From a virus, in IMG/VR virus record IMGVR_UViG_3300008952_000004, positions 96,001 through 160,000 of that record: a DNA stretch of 64,000 nucleotides. The stretch is one strand, 5' to 3'. The notes beneath the pieces were generated by a model. That model saw only the letters and a list, made by a program, of their open reading frames with translations, was not told where the DNA came from and searched no databases. This document shows, piece after piece, positions 8,021 through 17,382 of this stretch. Position 1 is the stretch's first letter; each line of letters begins with the position of its first letter. The position numbers were made by a program, and so were the translations under genes.

Positions 8021-10891
8021 ATGTCAGTAAAGAGATTTAAATTTGTTTCGCCCGGAGTGTTTATTAATGAAATTGATAACTCTCAACTCCCGCGAACCCA
8101 AAACAAGTTAGGACCAGTTATTATTGGACGCACATTACGAGGACCAGCAATGCGTCCCGTAACAGTTGAGTCCCAGTCAGAATTCGTAGAGATGTTTGGA
8201 CAACCCCAGCCCGGTGGTGTTGCTAACGATGTTTGGCGTGAAGGTAATCTTCAATCACCAATGTACGCGACTTATGCTGCGATGTCATACCTAAGAAACA
8301 ATGGTCCTGTTACTATGGTCCGCTTGTTGGGTAACAACCATGAAGATGCGACCGGCGCAGGCGAAGCAGGTTGGTCAGTCGCGAAAGAGGCTTACGGACT
8401 CTTTCTTTGGGATTCCGGCGCCGCACACAATCCAGCGACTCCAGTAACTGGTACATTGGCGGCTGTTTTCTACAGCAAGCTAGGTGCGCCGGTACTTAAA
8501 GGTCCTGCGCGAAGTGGCTCCGCAGACAATATGACTCACGTTAGCGGTACCGGTGGTGCTATTAAAAGTGTTGGCGACGACCGAGAGTTTATGATGACGA
8601 TTTGGAATACAGCCGCAGGTTCTACTGCCGCTGTTAGTAAAGATATTACGACTTCATTCAACTTTAATAAAAGATCAAGCAAATTCATTAGAAAGGTGTT
8701 TAATACAAATCCGGCTCTTTTAGACGCAACTAGTATTGCAGCAGAGAACCGAAAAGATTATTTCTTGGGTCAAACCTTTGAGAATACCCTTGTTGATTAC
8801 CTAGGTAATTCAGATGCAGGCTCTGTTCTTGGAATAGTTGCTCCACTACGCGAAAAGTCTGGTGGCTCCAATAGAGCAGGTAATGATTTCCGTATGGCTG
8901 CAACTGCTGGAACCACTGGCTGGATCTTTTCTCAAGACTTGACCGCTGATTCTGGCTCTTTTGCGCCTGCCTTATCAGATGCCGGAGCCGTAACTGGTGG
9001 TGTAGATAAACTATTTAAAATTCATGCATTGAACAGCGGCGAGTGGGAATCTAAAAATCTTAAAGTTTCTATTCGCGACATCAAGTATGCACGAAACCCA
9101 GAAGAGAATCCGTATGGAACGTTCACCGTTGAGGTGCGTAGAGTACAAGATTCTGATATTTCACGTCAAGTTGTAGAATCATTTTCGAATTGCAATTTGA
9201 ATCCCTCTTCACCAAATTACATTAAAAGAAAGATTGGTGATCAATCACTAAGCTGGAATGAAACGGAACGCCGTTACACATATCAAGGGGATTACGAGAA
9301 TAATTCTCGTTTTATTCGTATTGAAAGCTCTGAAGATTTGGACGCCGCCGCGTTAGATCCCCAGTGCCTACCGTTCGGCTTCTTTGGTCCGCCGAAGTTG
9401 TCGTCTGTCAACCTTGCAGGTAACAACGACGTCACTTGTCCAGCGAATGTACTGTTCAATGTAACAACTTCTGATGTCGATTCACTGGCTCCAGCAGGAA
9501 ACAAGTTCAAAGCCTATGATGAAATCGAGTTGCAGCTTGATTTTCCTGAGTGCCCAATTCGAAAGAATAGTGCTTCTGGCTCCCTTTCTAACAGAAAGCA
9601 AGCCTATTGGGGAGCATATACACAAGAGCCAAGCAACGATAAGACAACTAACGCTTCTTGGGGCGACCACATGTATCCTCTCCCTGATTCACTTGGTACA
9701 GATAGTGATCTAGTAGAGGCATCCTGTTGGGCATTTTCGCTTGATGATATTAAGTTGAGCGGATCGAATAATGCCGATGCTCTCTGGGCAGCAGGTAACC
9801 GCAAGGCGAACGATTCTATCAGTGTGACCTCCAGTTGGAGCGGCACATTGGACCAGGGTTGTGATAAATTTACAATGCCGCTGTGGGGTGGTTTTGACGG
9901 TCATAACATTAATGTACTTGATCCGTATGCTCCAGATGTTGTAATGGCATCAGACTCCACAGACAAGACCGATTCTTCGTTCTACTCCATCAAGAAAGCA
10001 ATTGATGCTTGTTCTTCGCAGGAAGAGGTTGAATTTAATTTGATGGCAATGCCAGGAATCACACACCGAGTACTCAATCGCCACATGGTAGACGTTTGTG
10101 AATCCCGTGGTGATGCACTGGCAGTGTTGGACATCGCAGGGGGCTATAAACCCCGCGCTAACCGCTCTGCGGGTGACGCTTTTAGCTCATATGGCGGTAC
10201 GGTTGATGCTACTCTTGACGAGATTGATGAGCTACAAATTAATTCAAGTTATGCTTGTACTTATTATCCTTGGGTGCAAATTAAGGATTCCGCCACCGAC
10301 GCTGTTCTGTGGTCACCTCCTTCGGTTGTTGCACTTGGTACTTTCGCTAGTTCCGAGAGGAAATCAGATGTTTGGTTTGCCCCAGCCGGTTTCACTAGGG
10401 GTGGACTGACAGAAGGTTCAGCGGGCATGCCAGTACTTGGTGTTCGAGATCGCCTCACTGCAAAAGATCGTGACGATCTATATGCAGCTAGGGTCAATCC
10501 GATTGCCAGCTTCCCGGCAGAGGGTATTGTAATCTTTGGTCAAAAGACAATGCAGGTAACAGCTTCCGCTCTCGATAGGATTAATGTCCGTCGCTTGATG
10601 ATTTACGTCAAGAAAGAGATTTCGCGAATGGCTGCAACCACACTTTTCGAGCCGAACGTCCAAAGAACTTGGTTTAACTTTACTTCAAGAGTTGAGCCTT
10701 TCCTTCAGGGCGTCAAGGCAGGTCTAGGACTGGAAGACTTTAAGGTTGTGTTGGATGAAACCACAACCACACCAGACTTGGTTGATCGTAACATTATGTA
10801 TGCTAAGATCCTCCTGAAACCAACAAAAGCTATTGAATATATTGCGATTGACTTCGTGATTACAAATAGTGGAGCTTCTTTCGAAGATTAA
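8021..10891 (+). CDS. gp18: Contractile tail sheath protein (gp18-like)
   Basis: 'FVSPGVFINEIDNS' N-terminus; 'YYPWVQI', 'WFAPAGFTRG', 'VNPIASFP..GIVIFGQKT...SALDRINVRRL' C-terminus. Confidence 0.96.
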   Translation: MSVKRFKFVSPGVFINEIDNSQLPRTQNKLGPVIIGRTLRGPAMRPVTVESQSEFVEMFGQPQPGGVANDVWREGNLQSPMYATYAAMSYLRNNGPVTMVRLLGNNHEDATGAGEAGWSVAKEAYGLFLWDSGAAHNPATPVTGTLAAVFYSKLGAPVLKGPARSGSADNMTHVSGTGGAIKSVGDDREFMMTIWNTAAGSTAAVSKDITTSFNFNKRSSKFIRKVFNTNPALLDATSIAAENRKDYFLGQTFENTLVDYLGNSDAGSVLGIVAPLREKSGGSNRAGNDFRMAATAGTTGWIFSQDLTADSGSFAPALSDAGAVTGGVDKLFKIHALNSGEWESKNLKVSIRDIKYARNPEENPYGTFTVEVRRVQDSDISRQVVESFSNCNLNPSSPNYIKRKIGDQSLSWNETERRYTYQGDYENNSRFIRIESSEDLDAAALDPQCLPFGFFGPPKLSSVNLAGNNDVTCPANVLFNVTTSDVDSLAPAGNKFKAYDEIELQLDFPECPIRKNSASGSLSNRKQAYWGAYTQEPSNDKTTNASWGDHMYPLPDSLGTDSDLVEASCWAFSLDDIKLSGSNNADALWAAGNRKANDSISVTSSWSGTLDQGCDKFTMPLWGGFDGHNINVLDPYAPDVVMASDSTDKTDSSFYSIKKAIDACSSQEEVEFNLMAMPGITHRVLNRHMVDVCESRGDALAVLDIAGGYKPRANRSAGDAFSSYGGTVDATLDEIDELQINSSYACTYYPWVQIKDSATDAVLWSPPSVVALGTFASSERKSDVWFAPAGFTRGGLTEGSAGMPVLGVRDRLTAKDRDDLYAARVNPIASFPAEGIVIFGQKTMQVTASALDRINVRRLMIYVKKEISRMAATTLFEPNVQRTWFNFTSRVEPFLQGVKAGLGLEDFKVVLDETTTTPDLVDRNIMYAKILLKPTKAIEYIAIDFVITNSGASFED

Positions 10892-10925
10892 TAATAAAGG
10901 TTAAGGTGATATTAAGTCGCCTTAA

Positions 10926-10932
10926 CTATTTA
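10926..10932 (+). promoter_or_regulatory. Putative late promoter box CTATTTA
   Basis: 37 nt upstream of the tail tube ATG. Confidence 0.65.
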
Positions 10933-10969
10933 TTAATAACAAAACTGTTTATATAGGAGAAAAAAATAA

Positions 10970-11482
10970 ATGGCTGAAAAATTTTGGACAGACTCAACCG
11001 CCGAGCCAAAAAGAGCGTATCGATGGACAGTTCTTCTGGGAACGGATAGAAACAATCTAGCTCACTTTGTGGCGAAGAAGGTTACAAAGCCCAGTTTCAC
11101 GGTGACTGAAACCGCGCATTCATATCTAAATCACAAGTTTTACTATCCCGGTAGATTGGAGTGGAACACTGTTACGCTAACGTTGGCAGATGCGATATTC
11201 CCAAACTCCGCTGAGGTTGTACGAAATATGTTGGAAGATTCCGGTTACCACATTCCAGATCGTGGTAACTATGCTACAATTGGTAAAAACAAGTCCGTAG
11301 GTGCATTGGGAGTTGTACAAATCACCCAGCATGATTCAGACGGAAACCCAATTGAATATTGGAAGCTACATAATGCTTGGATAAAAGATGCTAAGTTTGG
11401 CGATCTCGACTATGAGTCTGATGATATGCTTGAAGTCGAGTTGGAAATTCGTTACGACTACGCTGAACTAGTTCAGGCTTAA
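10970..11482 (+). CDS. gp19: Tail tube protein (gp19-like)
   Basis: Follows the sheath; 'AEPKRAYRW', 'YYPGRLEWNTVTLT', 'W.LHNAW.....FGDLDYESDD...ELEIRYDYA'. Confidence 0.92.
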   Translation: MAEKFWTDSTAEPKRAYRWTVLLGTDRNNLAHFVAKKVTKPSFTVTETAHSYLNHKFYYPGRLEWNTVTLTLADAIFPNSAEVVRNMLEDSGYHIPDRGNYATIGKNKSVGALGVVQITQHDSDGNPIEYWKLHNAWIKDAKFGDLDYESDDMLEVELEIRYDYAELVQA

Positions 11483-11558
11483 ACTATTTTATTCTTAACA
11501 TTATTTAATAAATCTTCTATTATATAAACAAAGTTATTTCACAAAAAAGAGGTGATAA

Positions 11559-12419
11559 ATGTCAAGGAATAATGAAGCTCGCACTGGGGCAACCCCCGCA
11601 GCGGACACCCCACCAGAGCAAATGCTCTCCACAGCAGCCGAGGAGAGTCCCTCTCCAATGCAATTTACTACTCCAACCGAGTTTGTTGATTTACCGTCAA
11701 GAGGTCGTTTTTACTCCGAGGATAGTACACTCCATGGAAAAGAAAGTATTGAAATTCGCTATATGACGGCGAAGGATGAAGATATTTTAACATCAAAATC
11801 CCTGTTAAAGAAGGGACTAGCAATCGATCGACTCCTCCAGAACATTCTGGTTGACAAAACGATTCGTTTAAGCGATATGTTAATTGGCGATAAGAACGCT
11901 TTAGTGGTCGCTGCCAGAATCTCTGGCTACGGAAGTGAATACAACACTAAAGTAACTTGCCCTGCGTGCTCACTAGTGCAACAATATGAATTTGATCTAG
12001 ACGAGCAGGAGATTATTGAAGGTGGGGATAGTTTGAATGCCACTCCCACTGGCAATGGCACGTGGGTGGTAGACTGTCCTAAATCTGGTGTTAAGGTTGA
12101 AGTGCGACTTTTGACAGGAGCAGACGAGAAATGGTTAACCACAACACAGGCAAATCGAAAGAAGAATAAGCTTCCGGAATCGACCGCAACGGATCAACTT
12201 AAACTGATGATCAAATCAGTGAATGGTGATGAGAAACAGGCATCTATTAATAAATTTATTAATTCAATGCCCGCTCAGGATGCAAGATTTGTGCGATCCG
12301 CATACGAAGAACTAATGCCCGATATTGATCTGTCGCAGCATTTTGACTGTCAAGAGTGTGGATTTGACATGGACATGGAGGTTCCGTTCACAACGGACTT
12401 TTTTTGGCCTAAGCGATAA
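11559..12419 (+). CDS. Tail assembly chaperone / baseplate hub assembly protein (gp26-like, two CxxC motifs)
   Basis: Between tube and tape measure; 'V.LPSRG..Y', 'MTAKDEDIL', CPAC and CQEC; ends 'DFFWPKR' on a T7 run. Confidence 0.75.
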   Translation: MSRNNEARTGATPAADTPPEQMLSTAAEESPSPMQFTTPTEFVDLPSRGRFYSEDSTLHGKESIEIRYMTAKDEDILTSKSLLKKGLAIDRLLQNILVDKTIRLSDMLIGDKNALVVAARISGYGSEYNTKVTCPACSLVQQYEFDLDEQEIIEGGDSLNATPTGNGTWVVDCPKSGVKVEVRLLTGADEKWLTTTQANRKKNKLPESTATDQLKLMIKSVNGDEKQASINKFINSMPAQDARFVRSAYEELMPDIDLSQHFDCQECGFDMDMEVPFTTDFFWPKR

Positions 12420-12612
12420 GTACGTTGAAAGCGTATATGAACAGATTTTTCTCTTAAAGCACCACGGCGGCTGGAGCTTTGTTGAAGCATATAGTCTCCC
12501 AATACAGATTCGTCACTGGTTTGTTCGTCGTTTAAGTAAACAATTCGAGCAAGAAAAAGCAGAGATGGATAAGGCTAAAGCGAAAGCCCAGTCCCAAGCA
12601 AAGAGAAAATGA
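12399..12612 (+). CDS. Putative frameshift extension of the tail chaperone (entered by +1/-2 slip at TTTTTTT 12399-12405)
   Basis: Overlapping +1 frame FFGLSDKYVESVYEQIFLLKHHGGWSFVEAYSLPIQIRHWFVRRL... has no RBS or start of its own after the T run; a terminator follows its stop. Confidence 0.65.
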
Positions 12613-12615
12613 TAT

Positions 12616-12645
12616 AAGGGCGCTATCTGGCGCCCTTTTTTCTTT
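12616..12645 (+). terminator. Rho-independent terminator
   Basis: AAGGGCGC-TATCTG-GCGCCCTT followed by a T tract. Confidence 0.85.
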
Positions 12646-12654
12646 ATAAAAGAA

Positions 12655-12661
12655 CTATTTA
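12655..12661 (+). promoter_or_regulatory. Putative late promoter box CTATTTA
   Basis: 33 nt upstream of GTG 12695. Confidence 0.6.
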
Positions 12662-12694
12662 TATTTGCATTAATATATTATTGGAGGTTCCCTA

Positions 12695-13033
12695 GTGTCA
12701 GAAGAGCAAAAAGATTTAACCCCTATAGTAATTGACTTAAACGCTGCCAAATCTGGCGAGCTAAAAGAATTCAATCCGTTGGCTATGCTTAAACATGGCG
12801 TTGGAGCCCTATTATCTATGATGTTCGGAGGCTCCGCTGTGCCTGTGAAACTTAGAGGGTCAAAAAGCGATGTAAAAGCATTTGCCAAGGCTTTGGGGAA
12901 TGAGAAGAGATATATCGACGCCTATAGAAAGTATGGTCTTAATGACGCAAGAACATATAAAAACAAATATAAACTCAATAATGCTATTAAGGATTTCAAT
13001 AAAAAGACGGGCTTGAAATGGCCATTTAAATAA
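12695..13033 (+). CDS. Hypothetical protein upstream of the tape measure
   Basis: GGAGG RBS, GTG start, basic C-terminus; no family recognised. Confidence 0.6.
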   Translation: MSEEQKDLTPIVIDLNAAKSGELKEFNPLAMLKHGVGALLSMMFGGSAVPVKLRGSKSDVKAFAKALGNEKRYIDAYRKYGLNDARTYKNKYKLNNAIKDFNKKTGLKWPFK

Positions 13034-13051
13034 TTAGGGAAAGCTAAATGA

Positions 13052-15964
13052 ATGGCTGATGATCAAATTAAAAACGCGGAAAGACTCGCTGATTTACAAT
13101 CGCAGGAAGAAATTCGTTTAAAAAATATAACGAAAGCCGAAGAGGCGCGCTCCGTAGTACTTCAGAATCAAGTGGGAATGCTGAAAGAGATGGAGAAAGC
13201 TGTTATGGCGCTCCAAGCAGCGGGGGATGATGCTCTCAAAGCTGAGGAACAAGCAGTCGAAGCAGCCAATGGCAGACTCCAGACACTTTTGCAGATTGGT
13301 ACTGCAAGCAAGGAAGAGATTGAGTACGCACGAACCCTTTTAGGTGAAGCCGAAAATCAATTGACAGCGCGCCAAGAGCTTAGGGATGTTAGCTTAGATG
13401 CCATAACTGAAGAACGTACCGGCAGAGAAAAAATTTTAGAGAAGCATGAGAAAGAGCTTGAATTAAAAGACAAGTTAAATTCCAAGACACAACAGATTTT
13501 GTCGGCAATGACCGGTATCGATGATATGGCTAAGAACACGGTTATAGGACAGTTCTTTGCAACGGCACAGGCAATTGGGTTTGTTGGTGCCTTAGCACAG
13601 GTCGGCGCTGCCATGAAATCGGTCTTCACAATGACTAATATTTTAGGCTCCGCTGGCATCGGGCTTGCCTTTTATTTGATGAAAAACGCATATGCGGCAG
13701 AAGCGGCACGTGCTGAATTCAACGCAACTACTGCTGCTGCCGGAGCGTTCGACGCTCAGATTGTGAACAGCACAGCGCATATGAAGAGTCTTGGTATGGA
13801 TACGAAAGATTATGCCAATGCGCTGGGATCGCTGCGGAATAACATATCCTTTTTTGCCGACTTGCCCGATCACGGTGACGCATTAGCCAAACTAAATGCA
13901 CAAATGGGTAAACTTGGTGTTGATCAAGCTGCGCTAAATTCATTGCAGGAATTTGAGCATACGCTCGGCGGCGGCAATGTCGAAGAGTTCACTCTCAATC
14001 TCCTTGGCGCCTCAAAAGCTATTGGTATGGACTTGAATAAGGTTGTTGCTAATGCCTCGCAGCATATGAATAAATTTGCAGTTTATGGTGATCGAGCGAA
14101 AGAAGTTTTTATAGGAATGCAATCACATGCAAAGAAACTCGGCGCCGAAATCAGTGATTTAACAGACATAACAGATCAATATAACACGGTTAGTGGCTCG
14201 ATTGCTGCTGCCGCAAAATTAAATATGGCACTCGGCGGCGCTTATATCAATGCAAATAAAATGAGAGGTCTTTCGGACGAACAGAGAATTGTAGAAATCA
14301 AAAGGGCAATCGAAGCCTCCGGTCAAAGTATAGAGACAATGAGTGTTGAGTCAAAACGTCGTTTTATTCAACTATCGGGAATTAAAAATGAAGCTTTGGC
14401 ATTAAAAATGCTAGGCAAGACAAAGGCTGAAGAATTAAAAAAAGCGTCTGACGGCGCCATCGCCGCGACGGCATCCCAAGACGAACTAAACAAGGCGACG
14501 GAGAGTTCTCTAACGCCAATGCAAAAGCTGGCAACGTTGTTTTCTGACCTTCTTGCAGTCGTTAAACCAATCATCGATGGTTTGCACTGGGTCGCCGATG
14601 GAATGAAATCAATTTTTGGTGGTGGGTTCTGGGCGGGTCTTGGAACAATGGCTAGTCTATGGGCGGGTTATAAGCTTGCAGTTTGGGCTGTGGTAGCAGC
14701 AAAGACCGCATTTATGACTCGGATAATTGGGTTGTGGCCATGGCAGGTAAAATCCGCTGCCACAACAGCGCTAGACGCAGGAGCACAAAAGGATGGTGCC
14801 GTCTCTACAGAACTAAATAATGCAGCAAAATTGAAGGGTACTCCTATTACACAAGCATTCGGCGCCGCAGCCTCGATGAGCGCGGGACAGATTCTGGCAA
14901 TGGGCGCCGCTCTACTGTTTGCTGCGATCGGCATTGGGATCATTGTTGGTTCTTTAGCATTATTGGCTATGCAAATGAAAGAGATGTCTGTTGGTCAGAT
15001 GGCTATGTTTACAGGAGTCATTATAACTATTGGACTTGTTCTGAAAATGCTGATTCCTGTTTTCGCAGCTAACGCAGCAGCAGCATCAGCAGCAGCCGGT
15101 GCTTTTACACTACTGGCAATTGCTGCATCAATGGCAGCGCCGGGAGTCGTGGCACTGGGACTTGGTATGCTTTTATTCGCTATTGGATTCGCAGTGGTTA
15201 TGATATTAATGCCGATGTTTGCCATTTTTGTTGGACTGGTAGCGTCTTTGACAGTGCTCGCCCCACTCATGGTCGCAGCAGGGTCAATGGTTATGGTCGG
15301 CTTAATGATGATGAGTTTTGGGCTGCTATCCTTGGGGCTGGCACTCAAGTTCGTCTCCTCCAGAGATCTTGAGTCTCTTGGAAATATGATGATGGGACTC
15401 GGGATGGTTGCAGCCAATATGGGCGCAGGCATCAGTTCGGCTGTACCGACAGTTAGAGCGTTGATGAACACATTACGAGATCTAGGCACTGGTACAATAT
15501 ATGGAGCAGGGTTGGGAATGGAAGCTATCACTGACGCATTCCTTATGCTTGGTATGTCAGCATCTATAGCGTCTTGGGGGGTTGAGGAATTAGCTGATGC
15601 GATGGAGGCAATCCCTGAGTCAAAAGTAACAGCATTTACACAAATGTTTGAAACAGTAACAGATAATGCCCCCGCAGTGCAAGCACTAACACCTACCGCT
15701 ATTGGAAATGTAACTAAATTAGTTGACGAAGCGTTCAGATTTAATTCAGCACTTATGATCGGTGGTATGTTTGGCGGAGCTTCGGCGTTTGTTGAGGCTC
15801 TCGGCGCAACAACCGGCACTACGACGCCTACAAAGGGCGGCGGAGCCAGTTCAGCAGAAACCCCACCAGTTATTTTTGAGATTGATGGTCGAGAGATTGG
15901 TAAGGTGGTCGAGAAATATATTAATAAGAAGAATAAGCTGCCCACCAAAGTAAAATCAAAGTAA
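13052..15964 (+). CDS. Tail tape measure protein
   Basis: 970 aa, Ala/Gly-rich helical; N-terminal coiled coil; long hydrophobic Met/Ala/Gly segments; 'PVIFEIDGREIG' C-terminus; follows the chaperone. Confidence 0.88.
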   Translation: MADDQIKNAERLADLQSQEEIRLKNITKAEEARSVVLQNQVGMLKEMEKAVMALQAAGDDALKAEEQAVEAANGRLQTLLQIGTASKEEIEYARTLLGEAENQLTARQELRDVSLDAITEERTGREKILEKHEKELELKDKLNSKTQQILSAMTGIDDMAKNTVIGQFFATAQAIGFVGALAQVGAAMKSVFTMTNILGSAGIGLAFYLMKNAYAAEAARAEFNATTAAAGAFDAQIVNSTAHMKSLGMDTKDYANALGSLRNNISFFADLPDHGDALAKLNAQMGKLGVDQAALNSLQEFEHTLGGGNVEEFTLNLLGASKAIGMDLNKVVANASQHMNKFAVYGDRAKEVFIGMQSHAKKLGAEISDLTDITDQYNTVSGSIAAAAKLNMALGGAYINANKMRGLSDEQRIVEIKRAIEASGQSIETMSVESKRRFIQLSGIKNEALALKMLGKTKAEELKKASDGAIAATASQDELNKATESSLTPMQKLATLFSDLLAVVKPIIDGLHWVADGMKSIFGGGFWAGLGTMASLWAGYKLAVWAVVAAKTAFMTRIIGLWPWQVKSAATTALDAGAQKDGAVSTELNNAAKLKGTPITQAFGAAASMSAGQILAMGAALLFAAIGIGIIVGSLALLAMQMKEMSVGQMAMFTGVIITIGLVLKMLIPVFAANAAAASAAAGAFTLLAIAASMAAPGVVALGLGMLLFAIGFAVVMILMPMFAIFVGLVASLTVLAPLMVAAGSMVMVGLMMMSFGLLSLGLALKFVSSRDLESLGNMMMGLGMVAANMGAGISSAVPTVRALMNTLRDLGTGTIYGAGLGMEAITDAFLMLGMSASIASWGVEELADAMEAIPESKVTAFTQMFETVTDNAPAVQALTPTAIGNVTKLVDEAFRFNSALMIGGMFGGASAFVEALGATTGTTTPTKGGGASSAETPPVIFEIDGREIGKVVEKYINKKNKLPTKVKSK

Positions 15965-15999
15965 TAATTTTCTTCTTCGATTAGATTTTTGTTTATATT

Positions 16000-16006
16000 C
16001 TATTTA
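16000..16006 (+). promoter_or_regulatory. Putative late promoter box CTATTTA
   Basis: 23 nt upstream of ATG 16030. Confidence 0.55.
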
Positions 16007-16029
16007 CTGTATAAGGAGACATAAGTATA

Positions 16030-17031
16030 ATGTCCAAAGAACCTAAAGCGGCAGGCACACCTGGGTCCACCTCTACTAAAGCGGTGGATGCCACTAGATT
16101 TTATTCTGGTGCAAAAATACGTTTTTTTAGTATATCTCAGGGCACCAATGTGAGCTTCAAAGCATTTGTTAAAAGCTTTTCTGATAAATATGAATGTAAC
16201 TGGACTGAAACCCGTGCTTTCGGACGGATGGACCCTTTAACAACATATCAAGGTACGGGGAGAAAAATCTCAATTGAGTGGGATATTCCGTCATACAGTT
16301 TAGGAGAAGCAAGAAGAAATTTGAAGAATTGCTCAAAGTTGATTCAAGCGATGTATCCAAAATATTCTTCCACAGACGGCGCAGCTACATTGCAAACCCC
16401 GCCGTATTTTAAGGTCAAGTTTATGAATATGATAACAAATTCACGCTCATCCGGCGGCGGACAAGCTGCTACCAATGGCTTGTTCTGTACTATCGGTGGC
16501 TTTGAGTTTAATCCAGATTTTGAGGCAGGCGTATATGTGAAGGGGGGCAATATATATCCAAAAGTTATTAATGCGAGTGTTGAGATGACAATTCTACATG
16601 ACCACCTCTGTGGAGCCGGTGCGTCCAGCGGCTATAATTTTAGTTCTTTTCCGTATGGCAAGAGTAAAGCACCAATGACGCCAGAAGAGGCTCAGGAATT
16701 AGCATCAGCCACAATGCAGACGATGGCGACACTAGGTGGCGCAGGGGTTGCCGCCGACGCTGTTGCATATTCAGCCGGAACTGGTGGAGAGATCGACCCC
16801 GCCACAGCCAAAATGATGGCAGAAGCAGAGAAGGAATCAGAATCACTAGGCGCTATCGCTGCAAAAGGAGCAACGATGGGGCAGACGGAAGCACCGTTCT
16901 ATCAGAATGCACTCGATGCAATACCACAGACTAACAACGATTCCGTGGCGAAACAGGAACAAACAGCTAGCGCAGTGGAATCAGTTTTTGGTGCTGGCGG
17001 CGGTGGCGGCGCCGCCAAATATTTGGATTAG
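16030..17031 (+). CDS. Tail-tube-like baseplate/tube initiator protein
   Basis: After the TMP; 'FSDKY..NW.E..AFGR.DP..TYQGT.R.IS..W' tube-fold pattern, then a low-complexity Ala-rich tail. Confidence 0.65.
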   Translation: MSKEPKAAGTPGSTSTKAVDATRFYSGAKIRFFSISQGTNVSFKAFVKSFSDKYECNWTETRAFGRMDPLTTYQGTGRKISIEWDIPSYSLGEARRNLKNCSKLIQAMYPKYSSTDGAATLQTPPYFKVKFMNMITNSRSSGGGQAATNGLFCTIGGFEFNPDFEAGVYVKGGNIYPKVINASVEMTILHDHLCGAGASSGYNFSSFPYGKSKAPMTPEEAQELASATMQTMATLGGAGVAADAVAYSAGTGGEIDPATAKMMAEAEKESESLGAIAAKGATMGQTEAPFYQNALDAIPQTNNDSVAKQEQTASAVESVFGAGGGGGAAKYLD

Positions 17032-17041
17032 GAGAAAACAG

Positions 17042-17377
17042 ATGCGCTATAGATTAAGAGACATGAACAATTCCTTGCAGCCGTTTTATTACGACTACAG
17101 TCAGAAACACAATAGAAGCCAATATATAACTCATTATACAACACCGGCATTCCACGTACTTGAGAGAGAAATTATCTCCGAGTTTGAGCACGTTCGGCAT
17201 ACTTGGAAGACCGGCGATAGATTATATAAGCTCGCTGAATTGCATTATAGCGATGCTGCATCTTGGTGGTTAATTGCGCTTTATAACAATAAGCCAACAG
17301 AGGCACACATTAATAACGGCGATGTAATTTTAATTCCAAAACCTGTGGGTCAGGTCCTAGCTAGGTACGGGTATTAA
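17042..17377 (+). CDS. LysM-like baseplate wedge protein (gp53/tail X-like)
   Basis: 'HTWKTGDRLYKLAELHY.DA..WWLIA.YN..PT...I..GDVILIP'. Start moved to ATG 17042 behind GGAGA. Confidence 0.85.
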   Translation: MRYRLRDMNNSLQPFYYDYSQKHNRSQYITHYTTPAFHVLEREIISEFEHVRHTWKTGDRLYKLAELHYSDAASWWLIALYNNKPTEAHINNGDVILIPKPVGQVLARYGY

Positions 17378-17382
17378 AAGTC

